Shown here piece after piece: positions 1-11,213 of a stretch of 64,000 nucleotides of DNA. The notes beneath the pieces are model-generated. The model did not search any database. It saw only the letters and a program-made list of their open reading frames with translations, and had not been told where the DNA came from. This DNA comes from Fimicolochytrium jonesii (taxonomy: Eukaryota): positions 186,001-250,000 of the forward strand of contig NW_026515695.1 in assembly GCF_025526975.1 (NCBI RefSeq). Reading direction: 5' to 3'. The stretch's first letter is position 1. The number at the start of each line of letters is the position of its first letter. The position numbers were made by a program, and so were the translations under genes.

Positions 1-1065
1 GTGGTAAACCCGGCCACATAGCCAAACTCTGCCCGAACAAGATACGCACGGCGAATGTCGCGGTTAAGGAACTTGCACCCATCCAGGATTTTGCCCAAGT
101 CCAGCTGCAGTAAAGGCCGAGCAGCTGGGCAACACCTGTCCTGGGCCTTCTCACCACGCAGTACTGCCAAGGGAGAAGCCACAATACCTTGCTCCAATCC
201 TGGCATCTCCAGCAACACCCTTCTCCTGACCACCAACAATGTCAATCTCCTATCTGAGATACCCTCACCCATGCGGACTTTGGGCCCATCCTCACCATTC
301 GAGTACCCTGTTACCCTGCAGATATCGGCCCAGCGAGCTCCAGTTCAGCTTTCAGCACTACTCGACACCGGTGCGATGTCGTGCTTCATTGACGAAAGTT
401 ATGCCCGCAAGCACCGCATCCCACTTGTCAAGAAGGAGGACCCCATTGCGCTTGAACTGGTTGACGGACGTCCCAGCCATGCGGGCTCCATTACCCATCA
501 CACCCAACCTTTGGGCATGTGGGTCAACGACCATTTTGAGGAGGTGGTATTCCATGTGACATGTTCCCCGCATGCGCCAATCATCCTGGGGCTTCCCTGG
601 TTTGAGCTCCATGATGTGGAGCTACATTGGAAGATTCGCACTCTTTGCGTCCGCTGCCATTGCGGTTTTGGACAATACGCCTCCTGGGATGCCCTGCCAA
701 CAGAACCTAGCCCGAAGCCCTCAAGAACCCCTGAACCTCTGATCCGTATCCATCAAGACGAGATTTCAGTCTCCCTAGCCCAGACACCCAACACACTGGA
801 CCCAGCACCCACACCGATCCACGTATCGTTTATCAGCGCCCCAGCTTTCCGTGTGGCAGCAAGGCATGACCAGGCATTCATTGCCTACGCCAATCCGACC
901 AAGTCAGATTCCCAAGCCCTGGCGACCACTCCTCCAAAAGATCCGAAGGCCATCATTCCTGAAGAATACCAAGATTTTGCGGACGTCTTCACCAAGAAGA
1001 ACGCGGATACCCTCCCAGAGCACCTGTTATGGACGACGCGTCCATACCATGCGCTTACCTCATGA
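1..1065 (+). pseudogene. Unit 0 (partial): gag 3' end (stop at 113) and truncated pol containing only the aspartic protease; reads into the LTR
   Basis: LLDTGA and IILGLPW protease motifs; ends LPEH then LTR-derived LLWTTRPYHALTS*; 1-nt deletion in the gag-pol junction relative to unit 2. Confidence 0.9.
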
Positions 1066-1554
1066 CAGCATCCCAACAGTCAGTCAATGTCAATTCCCTG
1101 TCAAAACCTGACATCTGCCAAACCTCGCAGCCGCACGCAGCCGCGCTACCCCACACCTGCCACTGCCTTTATTTCTCCACGCAGCCGCACGTAGCCACAC
1201 CTCCCAACACTAGGCGCTTACAAACCCTTCTCCATACTTCCCCACGTACCCGCCCACAGCCTCAGCGTAGCCACCCCATCCCCAGTCTTCTGTTTCTATG
1301 CTTCCCCACCCTTGGCGCTTCTCTTGGCTTCCCTCTCATTCCGTACCCTTCTGCTTCCCCACGCTTCCCCAGCCTTCCCAGAAAAACATAAATAGCCGCC
1401 TCCCCTGAGCTCCCCACTTCCTGATCCCCCAGCAGATCAACACCAGTTCTTCCTAGTCTTGTTCTAGTTCTTGTTTCGGTCTGAATACCATTACCTGTCA
1501 ACAACCTGCACCACAAGTCGCCTCTATTTCCATTGGCTCCGCCCATTCATAACA
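1025..1554 (+). repeat. LTR copy 1 (530 bp)
   Basis: 7-bp terminal inverted repeat TGTTATG/CATAACA; TATA-like CATAAATAG near 1387. Confidence 0.95.
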
Positions 1555-1556
1555 GT

Positions 1557-1566
1557 TTGATCTGCT
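1557..1566 (+). promoter_or_regulatory. Putative self-priming primer-binding site (also after LTR2 and LTR3)
   Basis: TTGATCTGCT is the exact reverse complement of AGCAGATCAA at 1431-1440 in the LTR; no TGG-starting tRNA PBS. Confidence 0.75.
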
Positions 1567-1605
1567 CAACAACCCCCAGCCGCTGTACCTCCACGCCAAA
1601 TCACC

Positions 1606-2532
1606 ATGTCCGACGCCCTTCCCCTCACGGCCGAAGCCTGGCAAGCCATGTGCAATGCGATTGACGAACTTCGAGCGCAGAATACCACCCTACAAGCCGA
1701 ACTAGCGCAAACCCAGACCACTGCCCCTGCCACCCACGCCCCCGAACCCAAAATCAGTCTCCCAGACAAATTTGATGGCACCCGAAGCAAGTTCCGTGGG
1801 TTCCTCAACCAGATCCGGCTCATTTTCGCCCTCCAACCCAGGCGCTACCCCAACGATCAGACCAAGATACGAACTATTGGCACCTACCTCACTGGCACCG
1901 CCCAGGCCTGGCTGGCGCCCCTTGTCGAACAAGACCATGATTCCCTTACGAACCTGGATGATTTCATCCAGCAAATGCAAGCAGTCTTTGGAGACAGCGA
2001 CAGGATCCGCACGTCCGAAAACAAGCTCCAGAATCTTCGACAAACCCGTGCAGCAACAGAGTATGTAGCTGAATTCCGACAGCTGCAATGCGATGTGTCG
2101 TGGAATGACCAGGCATTGATTGCCACCTTCCGTCGCGGCCTCAAAGAAGACGTCAAGGACTTAATGCTCACGATGCCCCCTACCGCCTCAATCGACACCG
2201 TGATGGAACAGGCCATCCAATGTGACAACCAATTGTTTGAGCGCCGTCTAGAGCGAAGCAGGAACCGACAGCCATATGTGCCAGTTACCACTAGCCCCAC
2301 CCTCATGAGCCCCGACAACCGCCCAGACGACCCTATGATCATTGACGCTGCTCGTCCGCGAGGACCCCTCACACCGCTAGAGCGCCAACACCGCATCACA
2401 AACAAACTTTGCCTCTACTGTGGTAAACCCGGCCACATAGCCAAACTCTGCCCGAACAAGATACGCACGGCGAATGTCGCGGTTAAGGAACTTGCACCCA
2501 TCCAGGATTTTGCCCAAGTCCAGCTGCAGTAA
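1606..2532 (+). CDS. gag: Retrotransposon Gag (unit 1), intact, 308 aa
   Basis: PDKFDG, LRQT...EF and FRRGL capsid motifs; CCHC knuckle CLYCGKPGHIAKLC. Confidence 0.93.
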   Translation: MSDALPLTAEAWQAMCNAIDELRAQNTTLQAELAQTQTTAPATHAPEPKISLPDKFDGTRSKFRGFLNQIRLIFALQPRRYPNDQTKIRTIGTYLTGTAQAWLAPLVEQDHDSLTNLDDFIQQMQAVFGDSDRIRTSENKLQNLRQTRAATEYVAEFRQLQCDVSWNDQALIATFRRGLKEDVKDLMLTMPPTASIDTVMEQAIQCDNQLFERRLERSRNRQPYVPVTTSPTLMSPDNRPDDPMIIDAARPRGPLTPLERQHRITNKLCLYCGKPGHIAKLCPNKIRTANVAVKELAPIQDFAQVQLQ

Positions 2533-3484
2533 AGGCCGAGCAGCTGGGCAACACCTGTCCTGGGCCTTCTCACCACGCAGTACTGCCAAGGGAGAAGCCA
2601 CAATACCTTGCTCCAATCCTGGCATCTCCAGCAACACCCTTCTCCTGACCACCAACAATGTCAATCTCCTATCTGAGATACCCTCACCCATGCGGACTTT
2701 GGGCCCATCCTCACCATTCGAGTACCCTGTTACCCTGCAGATATCGGCCCAGCGAGCTCCAGTTCAGCTTTCAGCACTACTCGACACCGGTGCGATGTCG
2801 TGCTTCATTGACGAAAGTTATGCCCGCAAGCACCGCATCCCACTTGTCAAGAAGGAGGACCCCATTGCGCTTGAACTGGTTGACGGACGTCCCAGCCATG
2901 CGGGCTCCATTACCCATCACACCCAACCTTTGGGCATGTGGGTCAACGACCATTTTGAGGAGGTGGTATTCCATGTGACATGTTCCCCGCATGCGCCAAT
3001 CATCCTGGGGCTTCCCTGGTTTGAGCTCCATGATGTGGAGCTACATTGGAAGATTCGCACTCTTTGCGTCCGCTGCCATTGCGGTTTTGGACAATACGCC
3101 TCCTGGGATGCCCTGCCAACAGAACCTAGCCCGAAGCCCTCAAGAACCCCTGAACCTCTGATCCGTATCCATCAAGACGAGATTTCAGTCTCCCTAGCCC
3201 AGACACCCAACACACTGGACCCAGCACCCACACCGATCCACGTATCGTTTATCAGCGCCCCAGCTTTCCGTGTGGCAGCAAGGCATGACCAGGCATTCAT
3301 TGCCTACGCCAATCCGACCAAGTCAGATTCCCAAGCCCTGGCGACCACTCCTCCAAAAGATCCGAAGGCCATCATTCCTGAAGAATACCAAGATTTTGCG
3401 GACGTCTTCACCAAGAAGAACGCGGATACCCTCCCAGAGCACCTGTTATGGACGACGCGTCCATACCATGCGCTTACCTCATGA
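2474..3484 (+). pseudogene. Unit 1 truncated pol (protease only); out of the -1 frame because of a 1-nt deletion near 2579
   Basis: LLDTGA motif; truncated at LPEH and joined to LTR2. Confidence 0.88.
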
Positions 3485-3973
3485 CAGCATCCCAACAGTC
3501 AGTCAATGTCAATTCCCTGTCAAAACCTGACATCTGCCAAACCTCGCAGCCGCACGCAGCCGCGCTACCCCACACCTGCCACTGCCTTTATTTCTCCACG
3601 CAGCCGCACGTAGCCACACCTCCCAACACTAGGCGCTTACAAACCCTTCTCCATACTTCCCCACGTACCCGCCCACAGCCTCAGCGTAGCCACCCCATCC
3701 CCAGTCTTCTGTTTCTATGCTTCCCCACCCTTGGCGCTTCTCTTGGCTTCCCTCTCATTCCGTACCCTTCTGCTTCCCCACGCTTCCCCAGCCTTCCCAG
3801 AAAAACATAAATAGCCGCCTCCCCTGAGCTCCCCACTTCCTGATCCCCCAGCAGATCAACACCAGTTCTTCCTAGTCTTGTTCTAGTTCTTGTTTCGGTC
3901 TGAATACCATTACCTGTCAACAACCTGCACCACAAGTCGCCTCTATTTCCATTGGCTCCGCCCATTCATAACA
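3444..3973 (+). repeat. LTR copy 2 (530 bp)
   Basis: Appears identical to LTR1 by eye. Confidence 0.95.
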
Positions 3974-4024
3974 GTTTGATCTGCTCAACAACCCCCAGCC
4001 GCTGTACCTCCACGCCAAATCACC

Positions 4025-4951
4025 ATGTCCGACGCCCTTCCCCTCACGGCCGAAGCCTGGCAAGCCATGTGCAATGCGATTGACGAACTTCGAGCGCAGA
4101 ATACCACCCTACAAGCCGAACTAGCGCAAACCCAGACCACTGCCCCTGCCACCCACGCCCTCGAACCCAAAATCAGTCTCCCAGACAAATTTGATGGCAC
4201 CCGAAGCAAGTTCCGTGGGTTCCTCAACCAGATCCGGCTCATTTTCGCCCTCCAACCCAGGCGCTACCCCAACGATCAGACCAAGATACGAACTATTGGC
4301 ACCTACCTCACTGGCACCGCCCAGGCCTGGCTGGCGCCCCTTGTCGAACAAGACCATCATTCCCTTACGAACCTGGATGATTTCATCCAGCAAATGCAAG
4401 CAGTCTTTGGAGACAGCGACAGGATCCGCACGTCCGAAAACAAGCTCCAGAACCTTCGACAAACCCGTGCAGCAACAGAGTATGTAGCTGAATTCCGACA
4501 GCTGCAATGCGATGTGTCGTGGAATGACCAGGCATTGATTGCCACCTTCCGTCGCGGCCTCAAAGAAGACGTCAAGGACTTAATGCTCACGATGCCCCCT
4601 ACCGCCTCAATCGACACCGTGATGGAACAGGCCATCCAATGTGACAACCGATTGTTTGAGCGCCGTCTAGAGCGAAGCAGGAACCGACAGCCATATGTGC
4701 CAGTTACCACTAGCCCCACCCTCATGAGCCCCGACAACCGCCCAGACGACCCTATGATCATTGACGCTGCTCGTCCGCGAGGACCCCTCACACCGCTAGA
4801 GCGCCAACACCGCATCACAAACAAACTTTGCCTCTACTGTGGTAAACCCGGCCACATAGCCAAACTCTGCCCGAACAAGATACGCACGGCGAATGTCGCG
4901 GTTAAGGAACCTGCACCCATCCAGGATTTTGCCCAAGTCCAGCTGCAGTAA
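4025..4951 (+). CDS. gag: Retrotransposon Gag (unit 2), intact, 308 aa
   Basis: Same motifs as unit 1 Gag. Confidence 0.93.
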   Translation: MSDALPLTAEAWQAMCNAIDELRAQNTTLQAELAQTQTTAPATHALEPKISLPDKFDGTRSKFRGFLNQIRLIFALQPRRYPNDQTKIRTIGTYLTGTAQAWLAPLVEQDHHSLTNLDDFIQQMQAVFGDSDRIRTSENKLQNLRQTRAATEYVAEFRQLQCDVSWNDQALIATFRRGLKEDVKDLMLTMPPTASIDTVMEQAIQCDNRLFERRLERSRNRQPYVPVTTSPTLMSPDNRPDDPMIIDAARPRGPLTPLERQHRITNKLCLYCGKPGHIAKLCPNKIRTANVAVKEPAPIQDFAQVQLQ

Positions 4952-4987
4952 AGGCCGAGCAGCTGGGCAACACCTGTCCTGGGCCTT
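4924..4987 (+). promoter_or_regulatory. -1 programmed ribosomal frameshift signal (slippery site plus pseudoknot); also at 86, 2505 and 7345
   Basis: G GAT TTT in the gag frame, 6-nt spacer, stem GTCCAGCTGC/GCAGCTGGGC, loop AAGGCC pairing with downstream GGCCTT. Confidence 0.75.
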
Positions 4988-5904
4988 CTCACCACGCAAG
5001 TACTGCCAAGGGAGAAGCCACAAAACCTTGCTCCGATCCTGGCATCTCCAGCAACACCCTTCTCCTGACCACCAACAATGTCAATCTCCTATCTGAGATA
5101 CCCTCACCCATGCGGACTTTGGGCCCATCCTCACCATTCGAGTACCCTGTTACCCTGCAGATATCGGCCCAGCGAGCTCCAGTTCAGCTTTCAGCACTAC
5201 TCGACACCGGTGCGATGTCGTGCTTCATCGACGAAAGTTATGCCCGCAAGCACCGCATCCCACTTGTCAAGAAGGAGGACCCCATTGCGCTTGAACTGGT
5301 TGACGGACGTCCCAGCCATGCGGGCTCCATTACCCATCACACCCAACCTTTGGGCATGTGGGTCAACGACCATTTTGAGGAGGTGGTATTCCATGTGACA
5401 TGTTCCCCGCATGCGCCAATCATCCTGGGGCTTCCCTGGTTTGAGCTCCATGATGTGGAGCTACATTGGAAGATTCGCACTCTTTGCGTCCGCTGCCATT
5501 GCGGTTTTGGACAATACGCCTCCTGGGATGCCCTGCCAACAGAACCTAGCCCGAAGCCCTCAAGAACCCCTGAACCTCTGATCCGTATCCATCAAGACGA
5601 GATTTCAGTCTCCCTAGCCCAGACACCCAACACACTGGACCCAGCACCCACACCGATCCACGTATCGTTTATCAGCGCCCCAGCTTTCCGTGTGGCAGCA
5701 AGGCATGACCAGGCATTCATTGCCTACGCCAATCCGACCAAGTCAGATTCCCAAGCCCTGGCGACCACTCCTCCAAAAGATCCGAAGGCCATCATTCCTG
5801 AAGAATACCAAGATTTTGCGGACGTCTTCACCAAGAAGAACGCGGATACCCTCCCAGAGCACCTGTTATGGACGACGCGTCCATACCATGCGCTTACCTC
5901 ATGA
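4924..5904 (+). CDS. Unit 2 protease ORF, open in the -1 frame from the slippery site (predicted Gag-PR fusion, no RT/IN)
   Basis: The -1 frame is stop-free from 4924 through LLDTGA to a stop inside LTR3. Confidence 0.8.
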   Translation, partial: GFCPSPAAVKAEQLGNTCPGPSHHASTAKGEATKPCSDPGISSNTLLLTTNNVNLLSEIPSPMRTLGPSSPFEYPVTLQISAQRAPVQLSALLDTGAMSCFIDESYARKHRIPLVKKEDPIALELVDGRPSHAGSITHHTQPLGMWVNDHFEEVVFHVTCSPHAPIILGLPWFELHDVELHWKIRTLCVRCHCGFGQYASWDALPTEPSPKPSRTPEPLIRIHQDEISVSLAQTPNTLDPAPTPIHVSFISAPAFRVAARHDQAFIAYANPTKSDSQALATTPPKDPKAIIPEEYQDFADVFTKKNADTLPEHLLWTTRPYHALTS

Positions 5905-6393
5905 CAGCATCCCAACAGTCAGTCAATGTCAATTCCCTGTCAAAACCTGACATCTGCCAAACCTCGCAGCCGCACGCAGCCGCGCTACCCCACACCTGCC
6001 ACTGCCTTTATTTCTCCACGCAGCCGCACGTAGCCACACCTCCCAACACTAGGCGCTTACAAACCCTTCTCCATACTTCCCCACGTACCCGCCCACAGCC
6101 TCAGCGTAGCCACCCCATCCCCAGTCTTCTGTTTCTATGCTTCCCCACCCTTGGCGCTTCTCTTGGCTTCCCTCTCATTCCGTACCCTTCTGCTTCCCCA
6201 CGCTTCCCCAGCCTTCCCAGAAAAACATAAATAGCCGCCTCCCCTGAGCTCCCCACTTCCTGATCCCCCAGCAGATCAACACCAGTTCTTCCTAGTCTTG
6301 TTCTAGTTCTTGTTTCGGTCTGAATACCATTACCTGTCAACAACCTGCACCACAAGTCGCCTCTATTTCCATTGGCTCCGCCCATTCATAACA
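5864..6393 (+). repeat. LTR copy 3 (5' LTR of the full-length element)
   Basis: TGTTATG...CATAACA, 530 bp. Confidence 0.95.
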
Positions 6394-6444
6394 GTTTGAT
6401 CTGCTCAACAACCCCCAGCCGCTGTACCTCCACGCCAAATCACC

Positions 6445-7372
6445 ATGTCCGACGCCCTTCCCCTCACGGCCGAAGCCTGGCAAGCCATGTGCAATGCGAT
6501 TGACGAACTTCGAGCGCAGAATACCACCCCTACAAGCCGAACTAGCGCAAACCCAGACCACTGCCCCTGCCACCCACGCCCTCGAACCCAAAATCAGTCT
6601 CCCAGACAAATTTGATGGCACCCGAAGCAAGTTCCGTGGGTTCCTCAACCAGATCCGGCTCATTTTCGCCCTCCAACCCAGGCGCTACCCCAACGATCAG
6701 ACCAAGATACGAACTATTGGCACCTACCTCACTGGCACCGCCCAGGCCTGGCTGGCGCCCCTTGTCGAACAAGACCATCATTCCCTTACGAACCTGGATG
6801 ATTTCATCCAGCAAATGCAAGCAGTCTTTGGAGACAGCGACAGGATCCGCACATCCGAAAACAAGCTCCAGAACCTTCGACAAACCCGTGCAGCAACAGA
6901 GTATGTAGCTGAATTCCGACAGCTGCAATGCGATGTGTCGTGGAATGACCAGGCATTGATTGCCACCTTCCGTCGCGGCCTCAAAGAAGACGTCAAGGAC
7001 TTAATGCTCACGATGCCCCCTACCGCCTCAATCGACACCGTGATGGAACAGGCCATCCAATGTGACAACCGATTGTTTGAGCGCCGTCTAGAGCGAAGCA
7101 GGAACCGACAGCCATATGTGCCAGTTACCACTAGCCCCACCCTCATGAGCCCCGACAACCGCCCAGACGACCCTATGATCATTGACGCTGCTCGTCCGCG
7201 AGGACCCCTCACACCGCTAGAGCGCCAACACCGCATCACAAACAAACTTTGCCTCTACTGTGGTAAACCCGGCCACATAGCCAAACTCTGCCCGAACAAG
7301 ATACGCACGGCGAATGTCGCGGTTAAGGAACCTGCACCCATCCAGGATTTTGCCCAAGTCCAGCTGCAGTAA
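6445..7372 (+). pseudogene. gag: Gag of the full-length element, frameshifted
   Basis: Extra C in the run at 6527-6530 compared with units 1 and 2. Confidence 0.85.
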
Positions 7373-10300
7373 AGGCCGAGCAGCTGGGCAACACCTGTCC
7401 TGGGCCTTCTCACCACGCAAGTACTGCCAAGGGAGAAGCCACAAAACCTTGCTCCTGATCCTGGCATCTCCAGCAACACCCTTCTCCTGACCACCAACAA
7501 TGTCAATCTCCTATCTGAGATACCCTCACCCATGCGGACTTTGGGCCCATCCTCACCATTCGAGTACCCTGTTACCCTGCAGATATCGGCCCAGCGAGCT
7601 CCAGTTCAGCTTTCAGCACTACTCGACACCGGTGCGATGTCGTGCTTCATTGACGAAAGTTATGCCCGCAAGCACCGCATCCCACTTGTCAAGAAGGAGG
7701 GCCCCATTGCGCTTGAACTGGTTGACAGACGTCCCAGCCATGCGGGCTCCCTTACCCATCACACCCAACCTTTGGGCATGTGGGTCAACGACCATTTTGA
7801 GGAGGTGGTATTCCATGTGACATGTTCCCCGCATGCGCCAATCATCCTGGGGCTTCCCTGGTTTGAGCTCCATGATGTGGAGCTACATTGGAAGACTCGC
7901 ACTCTTTGCGTCCGCTGCCATTGCGGTTTTGGACAATACGCCTCCTGGGATGCCCTGCCAACAGAACCTAGCCCGAAGCCCTCAAGAACCCCTGAACCTC
8001 TGATCCGTATCCATCAAGACGAGATTTCAGTCTCCCTAGCCCAGACCCCCAACACACTGGACCCAGCACCCACACCGATCCACGTATCGTTTATCAGCGC
8101 CCCAGCTTTCCGTGTGGCGGCAAGGCATGACCAGGCATTCATTGCCTACGCCAATCCGACCAAGTCAGATTCCCAAGCCCTGGCGACCACTCCTCCAAAA
8201 GATCCGAAGGCCATCATTCCTGAAGAATACCAAGATTTTGCGGACGTCTTCGCCAAGAAGAACGCGGATACCCTCCCAGAGCACCGACCCTACGACTGTC
8301 CCATCGACTTAGAAGAGGGCAAACAGCCACCGTTCGGCCCGATCTATAGTCTCAGCGAGCCTGAAATGCAGGCACTCTGTGACTACCTTGAAGAGAACCT
8401 AGCTAAGGGGTTCATCAAGCACTCCAAGTCTCCCGCCGGTGCCCCAGTCCTCTTTGTCAAGAAAAAGGACGGTTCCCTCCGTCTGTGCGTCGACTATCGT
8501 GGACTCAACAGTATCACCATCAAGAATCGCTATCCCTTGCCCTTGATTAACAGCATCATGGATCGTCTTCGAGGGGCACGCCGGCTCACCAAGATTGACC
8601 TCCGGGGAGCCTACAACCTTCTTCGGATCCGGCCAGGGGATGAATGGAAGACAGCGTTCCGATGTCGCTACGGCCTATTCGAGTATAATGTCATGCCGTT
8701 TGGGCTCACCAATGCCCCTGGAGTATTCCAACACCTCATGAACGACATATTCCGTGACATTCTCGACGTTTTTGTTGTGGTCTACCTTGACGACATTCTG
8801 ATCTTCTCAAAAAAACCCAGAAGACCACCCCAACCACGTCCGAGAGGTGCTCTCACGACTCCGCCAGCACGGGCTGTATGCGAAACCGGAAAAATGCGAA
8901 TTCAACCGTGACTCTGTTGAGTTCCTGGGGTTTATCATCTCCCAGCAAGGCATTTCCATGGACCCAAAGAAGACGGCTGCCATTACCGAATGGGAACCCC
9001 CGACGAGTGTCAAAGGCATCCAGCGCTTCCTTGGTTTTGCCAACTTCTACCGGCGATTCATCAAAGGGTACTCTGCGATCGTTGCACCCCTGACCACGCT
9101 CACTCGCAAAGACTTGCCATTCAAATGGACCCACGCTGCACACCTAGCTTTTGAAACCCTCAAGAAAGCCTTCACCTCCGCACCTATCCTGACTCACCCC
9201 GACCCTGACAAGCCCTTCATTGTTGAATCCGATGCCTCCGACTTTGCCCTTGGCGCCGTCCTCCTTCAACCCGATGACACAGATCAACTCCACCCCGTGG
9301 CCTTTCACTCCCGCAAATTTACTCCTGAGGAAATCAACTATGAGATCTACGACAAGGAACTCCTGGCTATCCAAGAGTCATTTGCTCAATGGCGACACCA
9401 CCTCATTGGTGCCCGCCACAAGGTCATCGTTTACTGTGACCACAAGAACCTCCAGTACTTCATGACTACCCGTACCCTCAACCGCCGCCAATCCCGCTGG
9501 TCAATCTTCTTTGCTGATTTCGACTTTGTCATCACATACCGCCCTGGTACCCAGCAACACCAAGCTGACGCCCTCTCTCGTCGCTCTGAATACGAGCTAA
9601 GGGAGGGGGAAGAAGCATTCCGCTCCCAGGAAACCACGATCCTCACCCCTGACCATCTCCGCCTGGCCGCCACTTATCTGACCCCACTGGACTCCTCGCT
9701 CCTTGACCAAATCAAAGCTGCCCTGGCATCCGATGTGTTTGCGCAAACCATCCGGCGACAGCTTAGGGCCCCCATTGCCCAGCAATCTCAAGAAGACCAA
9801 GAACGGATAAAGCGATTCTCCGAGGAAAATGGGGTTCTGCTGTACGACAACCTTGTCTACGTCCCCACCAACAAGCTCCGTGCTGAGATCTGCCGGGACA
9901 TGCATGACACGCGTTTGGCAGGACACTACGGCATGTCAAAGACCCTGGAGCTCATCTCACGCAACTACTGGTGGCCTAGCCAATGGCGTTTTGTCAAGTC
10001 CTACATCAGGTCCTGTGACGTATGTGCTCAAGCCAAGACCAGCAGACACAAGCCCTACGGTCTCCTTCAACCCCTCCAGGTCCCTGACCGCCCCTGGGGG
10101 TCAATTTCCATGGACTTCATCACGGATCTACCCGCCAGTGATGGGGTTGATTCTGTGCTCGTTGTCATCTGCCGGTTCACCAAGATGGCGCACTTTGTAC
10201 CGTGCAGGAAAACTGCCACCGCTGAGTCAACTGCAGATCTGATCTGGCACCATGTCATCCGGCTCCATGGACTCCCTGACGATATTGTATCTGACCGTGG

Positions 10301-11201
10301 CCCACAGTTCAACTCCCACTTCTGGAAACGTCTCTTCGCTCTCCTGGGAACCAAGGTCAACCTCTCATCGGCGTTCCATCCCCAGAGCGATGGACAAACC
10401 GAGCGGACCAATCAGATTCTTGAGCAATACCTTCGCTGCTTTTGCAACTATCAACAAGATAACTGGAAGGAACTCTTGTCTTCTGCTGAGTTCTCTTACA
10501 ATAACACCATCCACTCCGCCACCCAGACAACCCCCTTCTACGCCAACTATGGGTTCCATCCTCGATTCAGTCTGGCTTCCGCCACCACAACCGAATCCCT
10601 TAATCCTGCAGCCGAAGCTTGTGCCAACCATCTCAAGGAAATCCATGAACAGCTTGCCACTGAGCTCAAGGAGGCCCAAGGACGCATGAAGCGCTTTGCC
10701 GATGCTAAGAGGGCACCTGGCCCAGACATGAAACCCGGGGACAGTGTCTGGCTCTTACAACGGAATCTCAAGACTCTCCGACCTTCCCAGAAACTTGATC
10801 ACCGTAAGATTGGCCCCTTCACAATCACGGAGAAGATCAACTCGGTCACATATCGCCTCAAGCTTCCCCCATCCTACAAAATTCACAACGTCTTCCATGT
10901 CTCCCTTCTTGAACCACGTTTCACCATTCCGGAGCGAACTGAGCCAGAACCCACCCCACCAGAAGAAGTCGAAGGACAGGAGGAATGGATTGTGGAAGAC
11001 ATTCTTGACTCCCGTATTCGACGCACGCACCTTCAGTACCTCATCAAGTGGCAGGGTTGGCCAAGCTCGGAGAACACATGGGAGCCAGTGGAACACCTTG
11101 CCCGATGTCAAGAGCTTGTTGCCCAGTTCCACCAAAAGTACCCCGACAAACCCCGCCCAAAGCCTGCCAACATCAAAACAACATCCGGACGCCGTGGCTA
11201 A
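7345..11201 (+). pseudogene. pol: Pol polyprotein (PR-RT-RNaseH-IN-chromodomain) with two 1-bp insertions
   Basis: [32 protein letters not shown] zinc finger, SMDFIT/SDRG/GQTER DDE core, KIGPF, and chromodomain YLIKWQGW..ENTWEP; extra T at 7456 and A7 instead of A6 at 8809-8815. Confidence 0.93.
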
Positions 11202-11210
11202 AGGAGGGGG
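11200..11210 (+). other. Polypurine tract
   Basis: AAAGGAGGGGG, 3 nt before the 3' LTR. Confidence 0.9.
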
Positions 11211-11213
11211 TGA

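Noticed and set aside
55..290. ATG-initiated pol N-terminus MSRLRNLHPS... implying a +1 frame relationship
   Set aside because: Produced by the 1-nt deletion in units 0 and 1; unit 2 shows the -1 arrangement with slippery site and pseudoknot
1029..1391. 120-aa ORF repeated in every LTR
   Set aside because: Lies in C-rich U3 with low-complexity translation and no motif; it recurs only because the LTR is repeated
8801..8820. A-run in RT as a second programmed frameshift
   Set aside because: Sits just after YLDD in the conserved RT core; a homopolymer insertion or sequencing error is simpler
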